Shown here in pieces: positions 35,680-49,900 of a stretch of DNA of 64,000 nucleotides (positions are counted from its first letter, which is position 1; every line of letters starts with the position of its first letter). The notes under the pieces were generated by a model, which made no database searches, was not told where the DNA came from, and worked only from the letters and a program-made list of their open reading frames with translations. The position numbers and the translations under genes were made by a program. Origin of the DNA: Macrostomum hystrix (lineage: Eukaryota > Animalia > Platyhelminthes); contig CATNEN010000037.1 in assembly GCA_950097015.1 (NCBI GenBank), forward strand, positions 3,224,001-3,288,000, given 5' to 3'.

Positions 35680-37925
35680 GTTTGAAATGGTAAGATGACT
35701 GTTTAGTTTGAAATGGTAAGATGACTGTTTAGTTTGAAATGGTAAGATGACTGTTTAGTTTGAGTAGGCTAAACTGTTTAGTCTGAGTAGGTTTGACTGT
35801 TTAGTTTAAGTAGGTTAGATGACTGTTTAGTTTGAGTAGTAGTTTTAACTGTTTAGTTTGAGTAGTTTTGACTGTTTAGTTTGAGTAGTTTTGACTGTTT
35901 AGTTTGAGTAGTTTTGACTGTTTAGTTTGAGTAGTAGTTTTAACTGTTTAGTTTGAGTAGTAGTTTTAACTGTTTAGTTTGAGTAGTTTTGACTGTTTAG
36001 TTTGAGTAGTTTTGACTGTTTAGTTTGAGTAGTAGTTTTAACTGTTTAGTTTGAGTAGTTTTGACTGTTTAGTTTGAGTAGTTTTGACTGTTTAGTTTGA
36101 GTAGTTTTGACTGTTTAGTTTGAGTAGTTTTGACTGTTTAGTTTGAGTAGTTTTGACTGTTTAGTTTGAGTAGTTTTAACTGTTTAGTTTGAGTAGTTTT
36201 GACTGTTTAGTTTGAGTAGTTTTGACTGTTTAGTTTGAGTAGTTTTGACTGTTTAGTTTGAGTAGTTTTGACTGTTTAGTTTGAGTAGTTTTGACTGTTT
36301 AGTTTGAGTAGTTTTAACTGTTTAGTTTGAGTAGTAGTTTTAACTGTTTAGTTTGAGTAGTTTTGACTGTTTAGTTTGAGTAGTTTTGACTGTTTAGTTT
36401 GAGTAGTTTTGACTGTTTAGTTTGAGTAGTTTTGACTGTTTAGTTTGAGTAGTTTTGACTGTTTAGTTTGAGTAGTTTTGACTGTTTAGTTTGAGTAGTT
36501 TTAACTGTTTAGTTTGAGTAGTTTTGACTGTTTAGTTTGAGTAGTTTTAACTGTTTAGTTTGAGTAGTTTTGACTGTTTAGTTTGAGTAGTTTTGACTGT
36601 TTAGTTTGAGTAGTTTTGACTGTTTAGTTTGAGTAGTTTTGACTGTTTAGTTTGAGTAGTTTTGACTGTTTAGTTTGAGTAGTTTTAACTGTTTAGTTTG
36701 AGTAGTAGTTTTAACTGTTTAGTTTGAGTAGTTTTGACTGTTTAGTTTGAGTAGTTTTGACTGTTTAGTTTGAGTAGTTTTGACTGTTTAGTTTGAGTAG
36801 TTTTGACTGTTTAGTTTGAGTAGTTTTGACTGTTTAGTTTGAGTAGTTTTGACTGTTTAGTTTGAGTAGTTTTAACTGTTTAGTTTGAGTAGTTTTGACT
36901 GTTTAGTTTGAGTAGTTTTAACTGTTTAGTTTGAGTAGTTTTGACTGTTTAGTTTGAGTAGTTTTGACTGTTTAGTTTGAGTAGTTTTGACTGTTTAGTT
37001 TGAGTAGTTTTGACTGTTTAGTTTGAGTAGTTTTGACTGTTTAGTTTGAGTAGTTTTAACTGTTTAGTTTGAGTAGTTTTGACTGTTTAGTTTGAGTAGT
37101 TTTGACTGTTTAGTTTGAGTAGTTTTGACTGTTTAGTTTGAGTAGTTTTGACTGTTTAGTTTGAGTAGTTTTGACTGTTTAGTTTGAGTAGTTTTGACTG
37201 TTTAGTTTGAGTAGTTTTGACTGTTTAGTTTGAGTAGTTTTGACTGTTTAGTTTGAGTAGTTTTAACTGTTTAGTTTGAGTAGTTTTGACTGTTTAGTTT
37301 GAGTAGTTTTAACTGTTTAGTTTGAGTAGTTTTGACTGTTTAGTTTGAGTAGTTTTGACTGTTTAGTTTGAGTAGTTTTGACTGTTTAGTTTGAGTAGTT
37401 TTGACTGTTTAGTTTGAGTAGTTTTGACTGTTTAGTTTGAGTAGTTTTGACTGTTTAGTTTGAGTAGTTTTGACTGTTTAGTTTGAGTAGTTTTGACTGT
37501 TTAGTTTGAGTAGTTTTGACTGTTTAGTTTGAGTAGGTTCGACTGTTTAGTTTGAGTAGTTTTGACTGTTTAGTTTGAGTAGTTTTGACTGTTTAGTTTG
37601 AGTAGTTTTGACTGTTTAGTTTGAGTAGTTTTGACTGTTTAGTTTGAGTAGTTTTGACTGTTTAGTTTGAGTAGTTTTGACTGTTTAGTTTGAGTAGTTT
37701 TGACTGTTTAGTTTGAGTAGTTTTGACTGTTTAGTTTGAGTAGTTTTGACTGTTTAGTTTGAGTAGTTTTGACTGTTTAGTTTGAGTAGTTTTGACTGTT
37801 TAGTTTGAGTAGTTTTGACTGTTTAGTTTGAGTAGTTTTGACTGTTTAGTTTGAGTAGTTTTGACTGTTTAGTTTGAGTAGTTTTGACTGTTTAGTTTGA
37901 GTAGTTTTGACTGTTTAGTTTGAGC
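35680..37925. repeat. 23-bp minisatellite (GACTGTTTAGTTTGAGTAGTTTT)n, ~90 units, preceded by three 26-bp variant units
   Basis: Read directly. Confidence 0.98.
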
Positions 37926-39364
37926 TTGTTTTACTCTTTTGTTTTTGTATAATTCGATTCCGAAAGCATAAAAATCTCAAAGTGAATATTTTAGAAGCAA
38001 ATGTTGAGAAGTTAATTGAATTGACACAGATAAGGACTAAGAAATGTTACATTTTCTGAATTTTCACTTCGAGCACACTCATAATCATCACTTTAATAAG
38101 AATGTGTCAATTTAAAAAAAATGCGGCTATAGTCTCTTTCCCGGAGAACATTGTATCGATTTCAAGAAAACGGTTCACTTTACATCCGCGGGCATTTTTA
38201 TGACTCGCAAAGGCAGCAGCAGCCATCTAAATAACTGGTCTCTTGTGAAAGCAAAGTGGTTTTTTAACTGTTTCTTTGTTTCCGCTCTGTTTCGCCCCGG
38301 TCAGTCCCGTCTTACCTGTAGGCATCAATGCTGCTTTTGTTTGCTCAAATAACAAAGGTCAGGTGAGTGGAGCAGAGTGGCATGCGAAAGAATGAGAGCG
38401 TCTCAAACTGAGCAGAACTTGCTCAGGGTTCCAAAACTCCAGGGTTCCAAACTGCTCTGCTTGGTAGCTTAGTAAACACTGAATCAATTGGCTGGGGTTC
38501 TGACAGGCTCCCTAATTGAAGAAAACTCGGGTCATCCTTCTTATGGTTTTAGGGGTGGCTGAAATTTTGAGCAGCAGGTTCTGCTGCTGCTTCCTGGTAG
38601 CTGTGTGCTTGCTTTTCCTGCCCTCTCTCGTCCTTTCCTCTCCATCCTTTCTTTTATTCTCTCTTCATTTCTCTCTTCTCTCCACACTCACCTCCCAATC
38701 CCATCTCTCCTCTTATGGGATAGATTAGCAATCCATTCTATTCCCTCAACCATGGGATAGATTAGCAATCAATTTTATTCTCTCATCTATGGGATATTTT
38801 TTAGTCTATTCTAGGTGAGAAGTTGTTTCATTATTCTCGTCATGATAACTTTTTTGGAAAACTAAACTAATCTCGAGCTTAAGGCAAATAAACAAGTCTA
38901 GGCTATTCTCACAAGGAAAGTTAGCCGTTCAATCACTCCAAATAGTTCTATCTCTTTCTCAGACAAACGCCAGAAAGTAGGCAGCGCAGCGGTCTCTCAT
39001 TTTTTCGACCCTGATTCGCCAGTCGGAGAAAACACACTCGGGATTCCGCTAAGCCATGAAATCATCAATCTGACATTCCTCTCTGACCTCGCGGATTACT
39101 GATCCGAGCTTCCAGAACTGGCATCTGCGAAGGATTATAGCGAAGAAATTCCATTATTCCCAACCAATTATCTTCCCCATCTGGGATCAGAGTTCGATTC
39201 GACTCAGACGGCAGTTCACAATGATCCAATATAGTAACCAATTTGGCTGCCTACAGCCAATCAGGACCAAGGTCGCAATTCACACAGTTTTAACGCACAA
39301 TTCTGAACCCATTGCTGCTGCTTCCTGGTAGCCGTGCTTGCTTTTCTTTTGCTTGCTCTCGTCC

Positions 39365-39930
39365 CTTTCCTCTCTTTCCTTTACTCTTTTCTCTCGTCAT
39401 CCATCTCCTCTCTCCTCTCTCCTCTCTCCTCTCTCTACTCTCTACTCTATCCTCTCTCCTCTCTCCTCTCTCCTCTCCCCTCTCCCCTCTCCCCTCTCCC
39501 CTCTCTCCTCTCTCCTCTCTCCTCTCTCCTCTCTCCTCTCTCTTCTCTCCTCTCTCCTTTCTCCTCTCTCCTCTCTCCTCTCTCCTCTCTCTACTCTCTA
39601 CTCTATCCTCTCTCCTCTCTCCTCTCTCCTCTCCACTCTCCCCTCTCCCCTCTCTCCTCTCTCCTCTCTCCTCTCTACTCTCCCCTCTCTCCTCTCTCTT
39701 CTCTCCTCTCTCCTTTCTCCTCTCTCCTCTCTACTCTTTCCTCTCTCTACTCTCTCCTCTCTACTCTATCCTCTCTACTCTATCCTCTCTCCTCTTTCCT
39801 CTCTCCTCTCTCCTCTCTCTACTCTCTACTCTATCCTCTCTCCTCTTTCCTCTCTCCTCTCTCCTCTCTCTACTCTCTACTCTCTCCTCTCTCCTCTCTC
39901 CTCTCTCCTCTCTCCTCTCTCCTCTCTCTC
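39365..39930. repeat. Pyrimidine-rich (CTCTCCT)n-type 7-bp microsatellite
   Basis: Read directly; explains ORFs 39312-40068. Confidence 0.93.
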
Positions 39931-40344
39931 CATCACCTGTGCCCAGACGTAACTGCCACATGGGTTGGCGGATCGCAATGTAGCATTATTCAATGCTTCT
40001 ATCTTACGAGCGTATTTACTTGGGAAACTTTCACCTCTTTGATTAGCGAATGGGAGCTCATAGCTTAGCGAGAAGCATACACCGAATCCCCAATGCCCCG
40101 TGTTAAAAATTTGTCCCAGTTTTGCTCCCATCGGCACTGGCGCTCGCTGCCTTCATTCTGTCTAGTCGACAGACCGAATTATTACCACTCGGACCTCGTC
40201 TGCGTCATAATGGCTGACTCGGATGCAACCTTTCTTACAAATGTTCCCATTTTAAATACTGCCTTATCGGTCTGGCACATTTCTGGGAAATGTTTTAAAG
40301 CAGTTTTTTGTTCTAATCTTGCAAAGGCAAATATTGCCTAATTC

Positions 40345-41360
40345 CTTTTCTGTTCCTTTATCCATGGAATAGATTAGCAATCCATTCTATTCCTTCATCC
40401 ATGGATAGATCAGCAATCCATTCTATTCCTTTATCCATGGGATAGATTAGCAATCCATTCTACTCCTTCATCCATGGATAGATCAGCAATCCATTCTACT
40501 CCTTCATCCATGGATAGATCAGCAATCCATTCTACTCCTTCATCCATGGATAGATCAGCAATCCATTCTATTCCTTCATCCATGGGATAGATTAGCAATC
40601 CATTCTATTCCTTCATCCATGGGATAGATTAGCAATCCATTCTATTCCTTCATCCATGGGATAGATCAGCAATCCATTCTATTCCTTCATCCATGGGATA
40701 GATTAGCAATCCATTCTATTCCTTCATCCATGGGATAGATTAGCAATCCATTCTATTCCTTCATCCATGGGATAGATTAGCAATCCATTCTATTCCTTCA
40801 TCCATGGATAGATCAGCAATCCATTCTACTCCTTCATTCATGGAATAGATTAGCAATCCATTCTACTCCTTCATCCATGGATAGATCAGCAATCCATTCT
40901 ACTCCTTCATCCATGGATAGATCAGCAATCCATTCTATTCCTTCATCCATGGATAGATCAGCAATCCATTCTATTCCTTCATCCATGGATAGATCAGCAA
41001 TCCATTCTACTCCTTCATCCATGGATAGATCAGCAATCCATTCTACTCCTTCATCCATGGATAGATCAGCAATCCATTCTACTCCTTCATCCATGGATAG
41101 ATCAGCAATCCATTCTATTCCTTCATCCATGGATAGATCAGCAATCCATTCTACTCCTTCATTCATGGAATAGATTAGCAATCCATTCTATTCCTTCATC
41201 CATGGATAGATCAGCAATCCATTCTATTCCTTCATCCATGGATAGATCAGCAATCCATTTTACTCCTTCATCCATGGATAGATCAGCAATCCATTCTACT
41301 CCTTCATCCATGGATAGATCAGCAATCCATTTTACTCCTTTATCTATGGGATAGATTAGA
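40345..41360. repeat. 36/37-bp minisatellite (CATCCATGGATAGATCAGCAATCCATTCTA[C/T]TCCTT)n, ~27 units
   Basis: Read directly; about two related units also occur at 38712-38800. Confidence 0.96.
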
Positions 41361-41450
41361 TTGAAAATATCCAAGTTGGGATTATCAGAAGTTGGGAAAA
41401 CGCTCAGTGGTCCAGGGGAAATCTAAAAAACGGCTTCTCTCTCACTGCAG

Positions 41451-42038
41451 GAGCTGGGATATCCAGTTTCGCGCAGATATCCCTGTCCCCTCCCCTCCCG
41501 TGTCGCAGTCCCAGGCCTCTCACAGGCTTTGGAAGGCCGCCCAAGTGCGTGTAACATTATATCTTTTCCACTCACACAACTGCCATTTCTTCGATGCCAT
41601 ACCTCGCTGTGCTCAGAAACCTGCACTATGCTCAACTTGAGCTCTCCAATTGAGTTGTTGGTCTTGAACCAAGAAAGACAAAGAGCGCACACACGAACCC
41701 AGACAGTCGAGAAGGAAGTCTCCAGTACGAAGGCAGTTGTCGAGCTATCGTATTTCACGGTGCCCCAGTCCGCCGGTCGTGAGCAGTTGTTCAATGTTCA
41801 CATGGCTTAGCCGTTTGAAATGTCAGGCTTTGCTTAATTGAAAGCAGATTTGATTAATGACTTGCAACTTCATGAGTTCTCACACCCGGTCCATTGTAGA
41901 CTACTTTCCGAACAAGACATCCGGTCGAGGGACTTATGAGCAGCAGATGCGCCAGCAGCAACAGCAACAGCAGCAGCAGCAGCAGCAGCCATGCGCATAC
42001 AAGAGTTTTGTAGCTAGCAAACAATTGTACCAAACTCT

Positions 42039-42079
<41 letters not shown>

Positions 42080-42221
42080 CACGCGGAGCCAGTAGCATGA
42101 ACAGACGCTCCCTATATCGCTCAGAGTCTGACCTCGTTGCTCTTGGCGACACTCCAAGGAAACCCAAACAATCCTATGAAAATATGGAGCATCAGCAGCA
42201 GCACCAGTTGTACCAGCAGCA

Positions 42222-42258
<37 letters not shown>

Positions 42259-42360
42259 GAGCCGTTGCTTCCAGTCTCCAGCCGCAGCTTGCACACTCTG
42301 CGAATTGGTCAAGAGAATCCGCTGAAGCCCTTCCCGTCTGTGCAGGCCAGCTATGTGTGA
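41451..42360 (+). CDS. Probable protocadherin cytoplasmic-tail exons (41451-41544 and 41900-42360), with poly-Q runs, ending ...QASYV*
   Basis: Acceptor TTCTCTCTCACTGCAG at 41450 (phase 0, matching the exon 1 donor). Donor at 41545 (phase 1) matches acceptor ATTGTAG at 41899. The join reads open to TGA at 42358-42360, giving ~1174 aa in total. Extra exons inside the 10.9-kb intron cannot be excluded. Confidence 0.65.
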
Positions 42361-43124
42361 TTCTAAAAATAGAAACACCGTGACCTTCAGGAGGGATTCC
42401 TCGAGGAAAACGCATAGCGGAAAAAACATAGGAAATTTCCATTAGAGTTTTAGTTACGTAACACAATGCGAGTATTCATTTTCCAGCTCGTATTTGTTTG
42501 TCTGTATACAATTTCGGATTGCAAAGCCAAATTTATTTACTAAGGAGGAAAGCATGCAGTTATATTGTTGATTGATTGACTGCGCTTTCCAGCCCTCGTG
42601 GATGCCAGTACAGGACTCACTTAACTATCTTAAAAATATCAATTTCAAGCCGTGTGCTTTTTAGTGTTTTTTAACGTTCTCAATGTTGTTGCAAGGCCTT
42701 ATTGCTTACATCCCCAAAGGGTATGCTGTGTATTCAATGTAACCAATTTGTCTAATGTGTTTAATGTATCTATTGTGCTTTGCCACGTCCTGTACAGATA
42801 TTTTTCTCTCGCTAGGTTACCTGCAGGCTTAAATATATATGAGGCTGCTTGTGAAGAAAGGCCCGCATAACTACTGCACGTAATTTTTCTCCGAACTAAT
42901 CAACTGCTTTAGTAGAGGACTTATCATTTTTATGATGAGATCATCGCACCTCGCTTTAATGCTTTTTGTGCAGGCAAATGCCTGTGCTGCGTCGGATTTT
43001 ATAATATTGAAGCTCAAGCACTTAAAACTCCCAAGATGAACTGCGAACTGAGCATGTTACATAAAATATCAGAATCGCATATGCAAGCGGATCTTTGCGC
43101 AAATATTTTTTCCTAAGTAGAATC

Positions 43125-43480
43125 GCCGTAGGAATCATCGGTAGAATCGCAGCAGGAATCGTATATAGATTCGCAGCAGGAATCGTATCTAGAATCGCAG
43201 CAGGAATCGTATCTAGAATCGCAGCAGGAATCGTATCTAGAATCGCAGCAGGAATCGTATCTAGAATCGCAGCAGGAATCGTATCTAGAATCGCAGCAGG
43301 AATCGTATCTAGAATCGCAGCAGGAATCGTATCTAGAATCGCAGCAGGAATCGTATCTAGAATCGCAGCAGGAATCGTATCTAGAATCGCAGCAGGAATC
43401 GTATCTAGAATCGCAGCAGGAATCGTATCTAGAATCGCAGCAGGAATCGTATCTAGAATCGCAGCAGGAATCGTAGCTAA
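43125..43480. repeat. 24-bp minisatellite (TAGAATCGCAGCAGGAATCGTATC)n
   Basis: Read directly, ~14 units. Confidence 0.96.
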
Positions 43481-43574
43481 AATCGAATTAGAAACGCAGC
43501 TACAAGCAAATCATCGCAACAGGAATCGTTTCTAGAATTGCAGCAGTAAAACTACATCCTTCTCATAATCACTG

Positions 43575-44320
43575 CAAGGAATCGTAGGTAGAATCCAATC
43601 AGAAACGTAGCTACAAGCGAAGAATCGCAGCAGGAATCGTAGCTAGAATCGTACCAGAAACTGTAGCAGGAACCGTAGCTAGAATCGTAGCAGGATCATA
43701 GCTAGAATCTAATCAGAAACGCAGCTACAAGCGAAGAATCGCAGAAGGAATCGTAGGTAGAATCCAATTAGAAACGCAGCTACAAGTGAAGAATCGCAGA
43801 AGGAATCGTAGGTAGAATCCAATTAGAAACGTAGCTACTAGCGAAGAATCGCAGGAGGAATCGTAGGTAGAATCCAATTAGAAACGTAGCTACAAGCGAA
43901 GAATCGCAGAAGGAATCGTAGGTAGAATCCAATTAGAAACGTAGCTACAAGTGAAGAATCGCAGAAGGAATCGTAGGTAGAATCCAATTAGAAACGTAGC
44001 TACTAGCGAAGAATCGCAGGAGGAATCGTAGGTAGAATCCAATTAGAAACGTAGCTACTAGCGAAGAATCGCAGAAGGAATCGTAGGTAGAATCCAATTA
44101 GAAACGCAGCTACAAGCGAAGAATCGCAGAAGGAATCGTAGGTAGAATCCAATTAGAAACGTAGCTACTAGCGAAGAATCGCAGGAGGAATCGTAGGTAG
44201 AATCCAATTAGAAACGTAGCTACAAGCGAAGAATCGCAGAAGGAATCGTAGGTAGAATCCAATTAGAAACGTAGCTACAAGCGAAGAATCGCAGGAGGAA
44301 TCGTAGGTAGAATCATGATA
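43575..44320. repeat. 55-bp tandem repeat (GAATCGCAGAAGGAATCGTAGGTAGAATCCAATTAGAAACGTAGCTACAAGCGAA)n
   Basis: Unit starts at 43736 and 43791 differ by 55; it shares the GAATCGCAG-AGGAATCGTA core with the adjacent 24-bp array. Confidence 0.94.
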
Positions 44321-45727
44321 GAAGTCATTGCTAGAATATATACATTCTAGAATATAAATATATTAAACTTCCAGTGCAACTTAGAATAACTCTACCAGTA
44401 GAAAGTTGCTGTTAAATAATTATTACAAGTTTGTAAATAAAAGGCATTGCTTTGTTACCTAGACGAATTCCTGGTAGATTTATTTCTGATTATATGTTGC
44501 TTTTAATCGCAAATATTTGCTTTGGCTAATCAGAGCATGTTCAGTCTATCTACGAGCTAGCTGCTTTTGTCAGCACGGAGTAAAGAATTTTCTGATTGGC
44601 ATTCCGCACAACCAACTGAAACCTTTTAGCATGTATCTAGTTAAGCCTGTGAGCAGTGCGTCTCTTAGATATACGAGCTAGGTCGAGAAAGAGATGGTGG
44701 GCGTGTTAAAATTCAATTTGCCATGAGATCAGAGGTCGCTCTGCTACATTCGATTCCATATGAGCAATGGATGCTGCTGCTGCTGCTGATCAATCAGAGA
44801 CGTGCCACTCTTGTTGAGTTAATCTAAATTCAATTTCGACTAGCAAAGTCTGATCAAATAAAATATCTGCTATTTTTATGACGCAAATAGATCCACAATC
44901 GCTAATTTCAGTCGATTATTGAGTTTTGCTGAACTGAAGCAGAATGAAAATGATGCAAATTAGTGTCTGAAAACTATGCTAAACTGTATCTTTGTGAGTT
45001 GCTCTAGCTAGCATGTTTTGAGACGGATAAATTATAGGGACCCAGATTAATTATGAATGCGATTAAACCCTTACCCACCGACTCAAAGCGGCGGCAGTAT
45101 CTACTCAAGCCTGACACGTTCGGGTTGGATATCCTTTTTGTATTTTTTTACTCTCTGAAATGCTGCCTGCTGAGGCCAGGTATAGGACACGAGCAACAGT
45201 TTAACCCACCAATAATCCCTATATACTCAAGCGGGGATGCGGGGCTGGCCCTTATACACGTGAAAAAGGCATTAGTTTGATAGATGCTGGTATCAGCATG
45301 CATCTCATCATGAGCACGGACTCATGATTAAACTCACCAAGGTAGATTAGACGGCTCTTATTCAAAGCCGGTAGATATTATTGTTATAAACACTAGGCGC
45401 ATGTTTTTGGGGCTGAAAAAATTTAATTATGACAAAAAGTTGCAATAATTCATTAAGTTGATGCTTTGAAAATGAAGGGCTCACATGTAGCATTTTGGAA
45501 TGCAGCTATAGAAGCTGTCCTGCAGATAGAAAATGTTAATTTTTTAGCGATTAAATGCAAATGCGAAACTTCTTTGCTGGGAGTTCCATTTCGTAACGAT
45601 GCTTTTAATAGACCCGAGAGAAAATGCTAAAAAGAGGTCTTCTAGCAAAGTAGAGCTAGATTGTATGCAAACTTGAGCGAAACACTGATGATAAAATACC
45701 TGACCCAACTGGATCTCAACCTGACAT

Positions 45728-46730
45728 ATCCCAGTCTGAGAAGATCTAATCCCAGTCTGAGAAGATCTAATCCCAGCCTGAGAAGATCTAATCCCAGTCT
45801 GACAAGATCTAATCCCAGTCTGAGAAGATCTAATCCCAGTCTGACAAGATCTAATCCCAGTCTGACATGATCTAATCCCAGTCTAACATGATCTAATCCC
45901 AGTCTGAGTAGATCTAATCCCAGTCTGACAAGATCTAATCCCAGTCTGACAAGATCTAATCCCAGTCTGACATGATCTAATCCCAGTCTAACATGATCTA
46001 ATCCCAGTCTGAGTAGATCTAATCCCAGTCTGAGAAGATCTAATCCCAGTCTGACAAGATCTAATCCCAGTCTGACATGATCTAATCCCAGTCTGACAAG
46101 ATCTAATCCCAGTCTGACAAGATCTAATCCCAGTCTGACATGATCTAATCCCAGTCTGACAAGATCTAATCCCAGTCTGAGTAGATCTAATCCCAGTCTG
46201 AGAAGATCTAATCCCAGTCTGACAAGATCTAATCCCAGTCTGACAAGATCTAATCCCAGTCTGACAAGATCTAATCCCAGTCTGACAAGATCTAATCCCA
46301 GTCTGACAAGATCTAATCCCAGTCTGACATGATCTAATCCCAGTCTAACATGATCTAATCCCAGTCTGAGTAGATCTAATCCCAGTCTGAGAAGATCTAA
46401 TCCCAGTCTGACAAGATCTAATCCCAGTCTGACATGATCTAATCCCAGTCTGACAAGATCTAATCCCAGTCTGACATGATCTAATCCCAGTCTGAGTAGA
46501 TCTAATCCCAGTCTGACATGATCTAATCCCAGCCTGAGAAGATCTAATCCCAGTCTGACAAGATCTAATCCCAGTCTGAGAAGATCTAATCCCAGTCTGA
46601 CAAGATCTAATCCCAGTCTGACATGATCTAATCCCAGTCTAAGAAGATCTAATCCCAGTCTGAGAAGATCTAATCCCAGTCTGAGAAGATCTAATCCCAG
46701 CCTGAGAAGATCTAATCCCAGTCTGACACG
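45728..46730. repeat. 21-bp minisatellite (AGATCTAATCCCAGTCTGACA)n, ~47 units
   Basis: Read directly. Confidence 0.97.
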
Positions 46731-46964
46731 ATCAGATTAGACCAGAGTCTGACAAAATCGGACCTGAGTTTGAAGACAATCAGAATTTTCCTAAAATCAT
46801 AGAATCTTAGAATCGGGCAAGATATTCGCAACACTCTACTTTCCAGCTGGCCAGTAGTCTATGAGGAGTAGATATTTATGCAGTTTTTGCTATTAAAGAC
46901 GGCTTTAAAGTCATTTAAGTCGTTTTTCAATATAGGTAATTTCAAAATATTAAATTACTCCATT

Positions 46965-49900
46965 ATCAAACCATCTAGTCATTCTCTCGTCAGAACATCT
47001 TGACACTCTAACATCAAACCATCTAGTCACTCTAACATCAAACCATCTAGTCACTCTAACATCAAACCATCTAGTCACTCTTACATCAAACCATCTAGTC
47101 ACTCTAACATCAAACCATCTAGTCACTCTAACATCAAACCATCTAGTCACTCTAACATCAAACCATCTAGTCACTCTAACATCAAACCATCTAGTCACTC
47201 TAACATCAAAACATCTAGTCACTCTAACATCAAACCATCCAGTCACTCTAACATCAAAACATCTAGTCACTCTAACATCAAACCATCTAGTCACTCTAAC
47301 ATCAAACCATCTAGTCACTCTAACATCAAACCATCTAGTCACTCTAACATCAAACCATCTAGTCACTCTAGCATCAAACCATCTAGTCACTCTAGCATCA
47401 AACCATCTAGTCACTCTAACATCAAACCATCTAGTTACTCTAACATCAAACCATCCAGTCACTCTAACATCAAACCATCTAGTCACTCTAACATCAAACC
47501 ATCTAGTCACTCTAACATCAAACCATCTAGTTACTCTAACATCAAAACATCTAGTCACTCTAACATCAAACCATCCAGTCACTCTTACATCAAACCATCT
47601 AGTCACTCTAACATCAAACCATCTAGTCACTCTAACATCAAACCATCTAGTCACTCTAACATCAAAACATCTAGTCACTCTAACATCAAACCATCCAGTC
47701 ACTCTTACATCAAACCATCTAGTCACTCTAACATCAAACCATCCAGTCACTCTAACATCAAACCATCTAGTCACTCTAACATCAAACCATCTAGTCACTC
47801 TAACATCAAAACCATCTAGTCACTCTAACATCAAAACATCTAGTCACTCTAACATCAAACCATCTAGTCACTCTAACATCAAACCATCTAGTCACTCTAG
47901 CATCAAACCATCTAGTCACTCTAGCATCAAACCATCTAGTCACTCTAACATCAAACCATCTAGTTACTCTAACATCAAACCATCCAGTCACTCTAACATC
48001 AAACCATCTAGTCACTCTAACATCAAAACATCTAGTCACTCTAACATCAAACCATCCAGTCACTCTTACATCAAACCATCTAGTCACTCTTACATCAAAC
48101 CATCTAGTCACTCTAGCATCAAACCATCTAGTCACTCTAGCATCAAACCATCTAGTCACTCTAACATCAAACCATCTAGTTACTCTAACATCAAACCATC
48201 CAGTCACTCTAACATCAAACCATCTAGTCACTCTAACATCAACCATCTAGTCACTCTAACATCAAAACCATCTAGTTACTCTAACATCAAAACATCTAGT
48301 CACTCTAACATCAAACCATCCAGTCACTCTAACATCAAACCATCTAGTCACTCTAACATCAAACCATCTAGTCACTCTAACATCAAACCATCTAGTCACT
48401 CTAACATCAAAACATCTAGTCACTCTAACATCAAACCATCCAGTCACTCTTACATCAACCATCTAGTCACTCTAACATCAAACCATCTAGTCACTCTAAC
48501 ATCAAACCATCTAGTCACTCTAACATCAAACCATCTAGTCACTCTAACATCAAACCATCTAGTCACTCTAACATCAAAACATCTAGTCACTCTAACATCA
48601 AACCATCCAGTCACTCTAACATCAAAACATCTAGTCACTCTAACATCAAACCATCTAGTCACTCTAACATCAAACCATCTAGTCACTCTAACATCAAACC
48701 ATCTAGTCACTCTAACATCAAACCATCTAGTCACTCTAGCATCAAACCATCTAGTCACTCTAGCATCAAACCATCTAGTCACTCTAACATCAAACCATCT
48801 AGTTACTCTAACATCAAACCATCCAGTCACTCTAACATCAAACCATCTAGTCACTCTAACATCAAACCATCTAGTCACTCTAACATCAAAACATCTAGTC
48901 ACTCTAACATCAAACCATCTAGTCACTCTAACATCAAACCATCTAGTCACTCTAGCATCAAACCATCTAGTCACTCTAGCATCAAACCATCTAGTCACTC
49001 TAACATCAAACCATCTAGTTACCTAACATCAAACCATCCAGTCACTCTAACATCAAACCATCTAGTCACTCTAACATCAAACCATCTAGTCACTCTAACA
49101 TCAAACCATCCAGTCACTCTTACATCAAACCATCTAGTCACTCTTACATCAAACCATCTAGTCACTCTAGCATCAAACCATCTAGTCACTCTAGCATCAA
49201 ACCATCTAGTCACTCTAACATCAAACCATCTAGTTACTCTAACATCAAACCATCCAGTCACTCTAACATCAAACCATCCAGTCACTCTTACATCAAACCA
49301 TCTAGTCACTCTAACATCAAACCATCTAGTCACTCTAACATCAAACCATCTAGTCACTCTAACATCAAACCATCTAGTCACTCTAACATCAAACCATCTA
49401 GTCACTCTAACATCAAACCATCTAGTCACTCTAACATCAAACCATCTAGTCACTCTAACATCAAAACATCTAGTCACTCTAACATCAAACCATCCAGTCA
49501 CTCTACATCAAACCATCTAGTCACTCTAACATCAAACCATCTAGTCACTCTAACATCAAACCATCCAGTCACTCTAACATCAAACCATCTAGTCACTCTA
49601 ACATCAAACCATCAGTCACTCTACATCAAACCATCTAGTCACTCTTACATCAAACCATCCAGTCACTCTTACATCAAACCATCTAGTCAAACTAACATCA
49701 AACCATCCACCGAGTCACTCTAACATCAAACCATCCAGTCACTCTAACATCAAAACATCTAGTCACTCTAACATCAAACCATCCAGTCACTCTAACATCA
49801 AACCATCTAGTCACTCTAACATCAAAACATCTAGTCACTCTAACATCAAACCATCCAGTCACTCTAACATCAAAACATCTAGTCACTCTAACATCAAACC

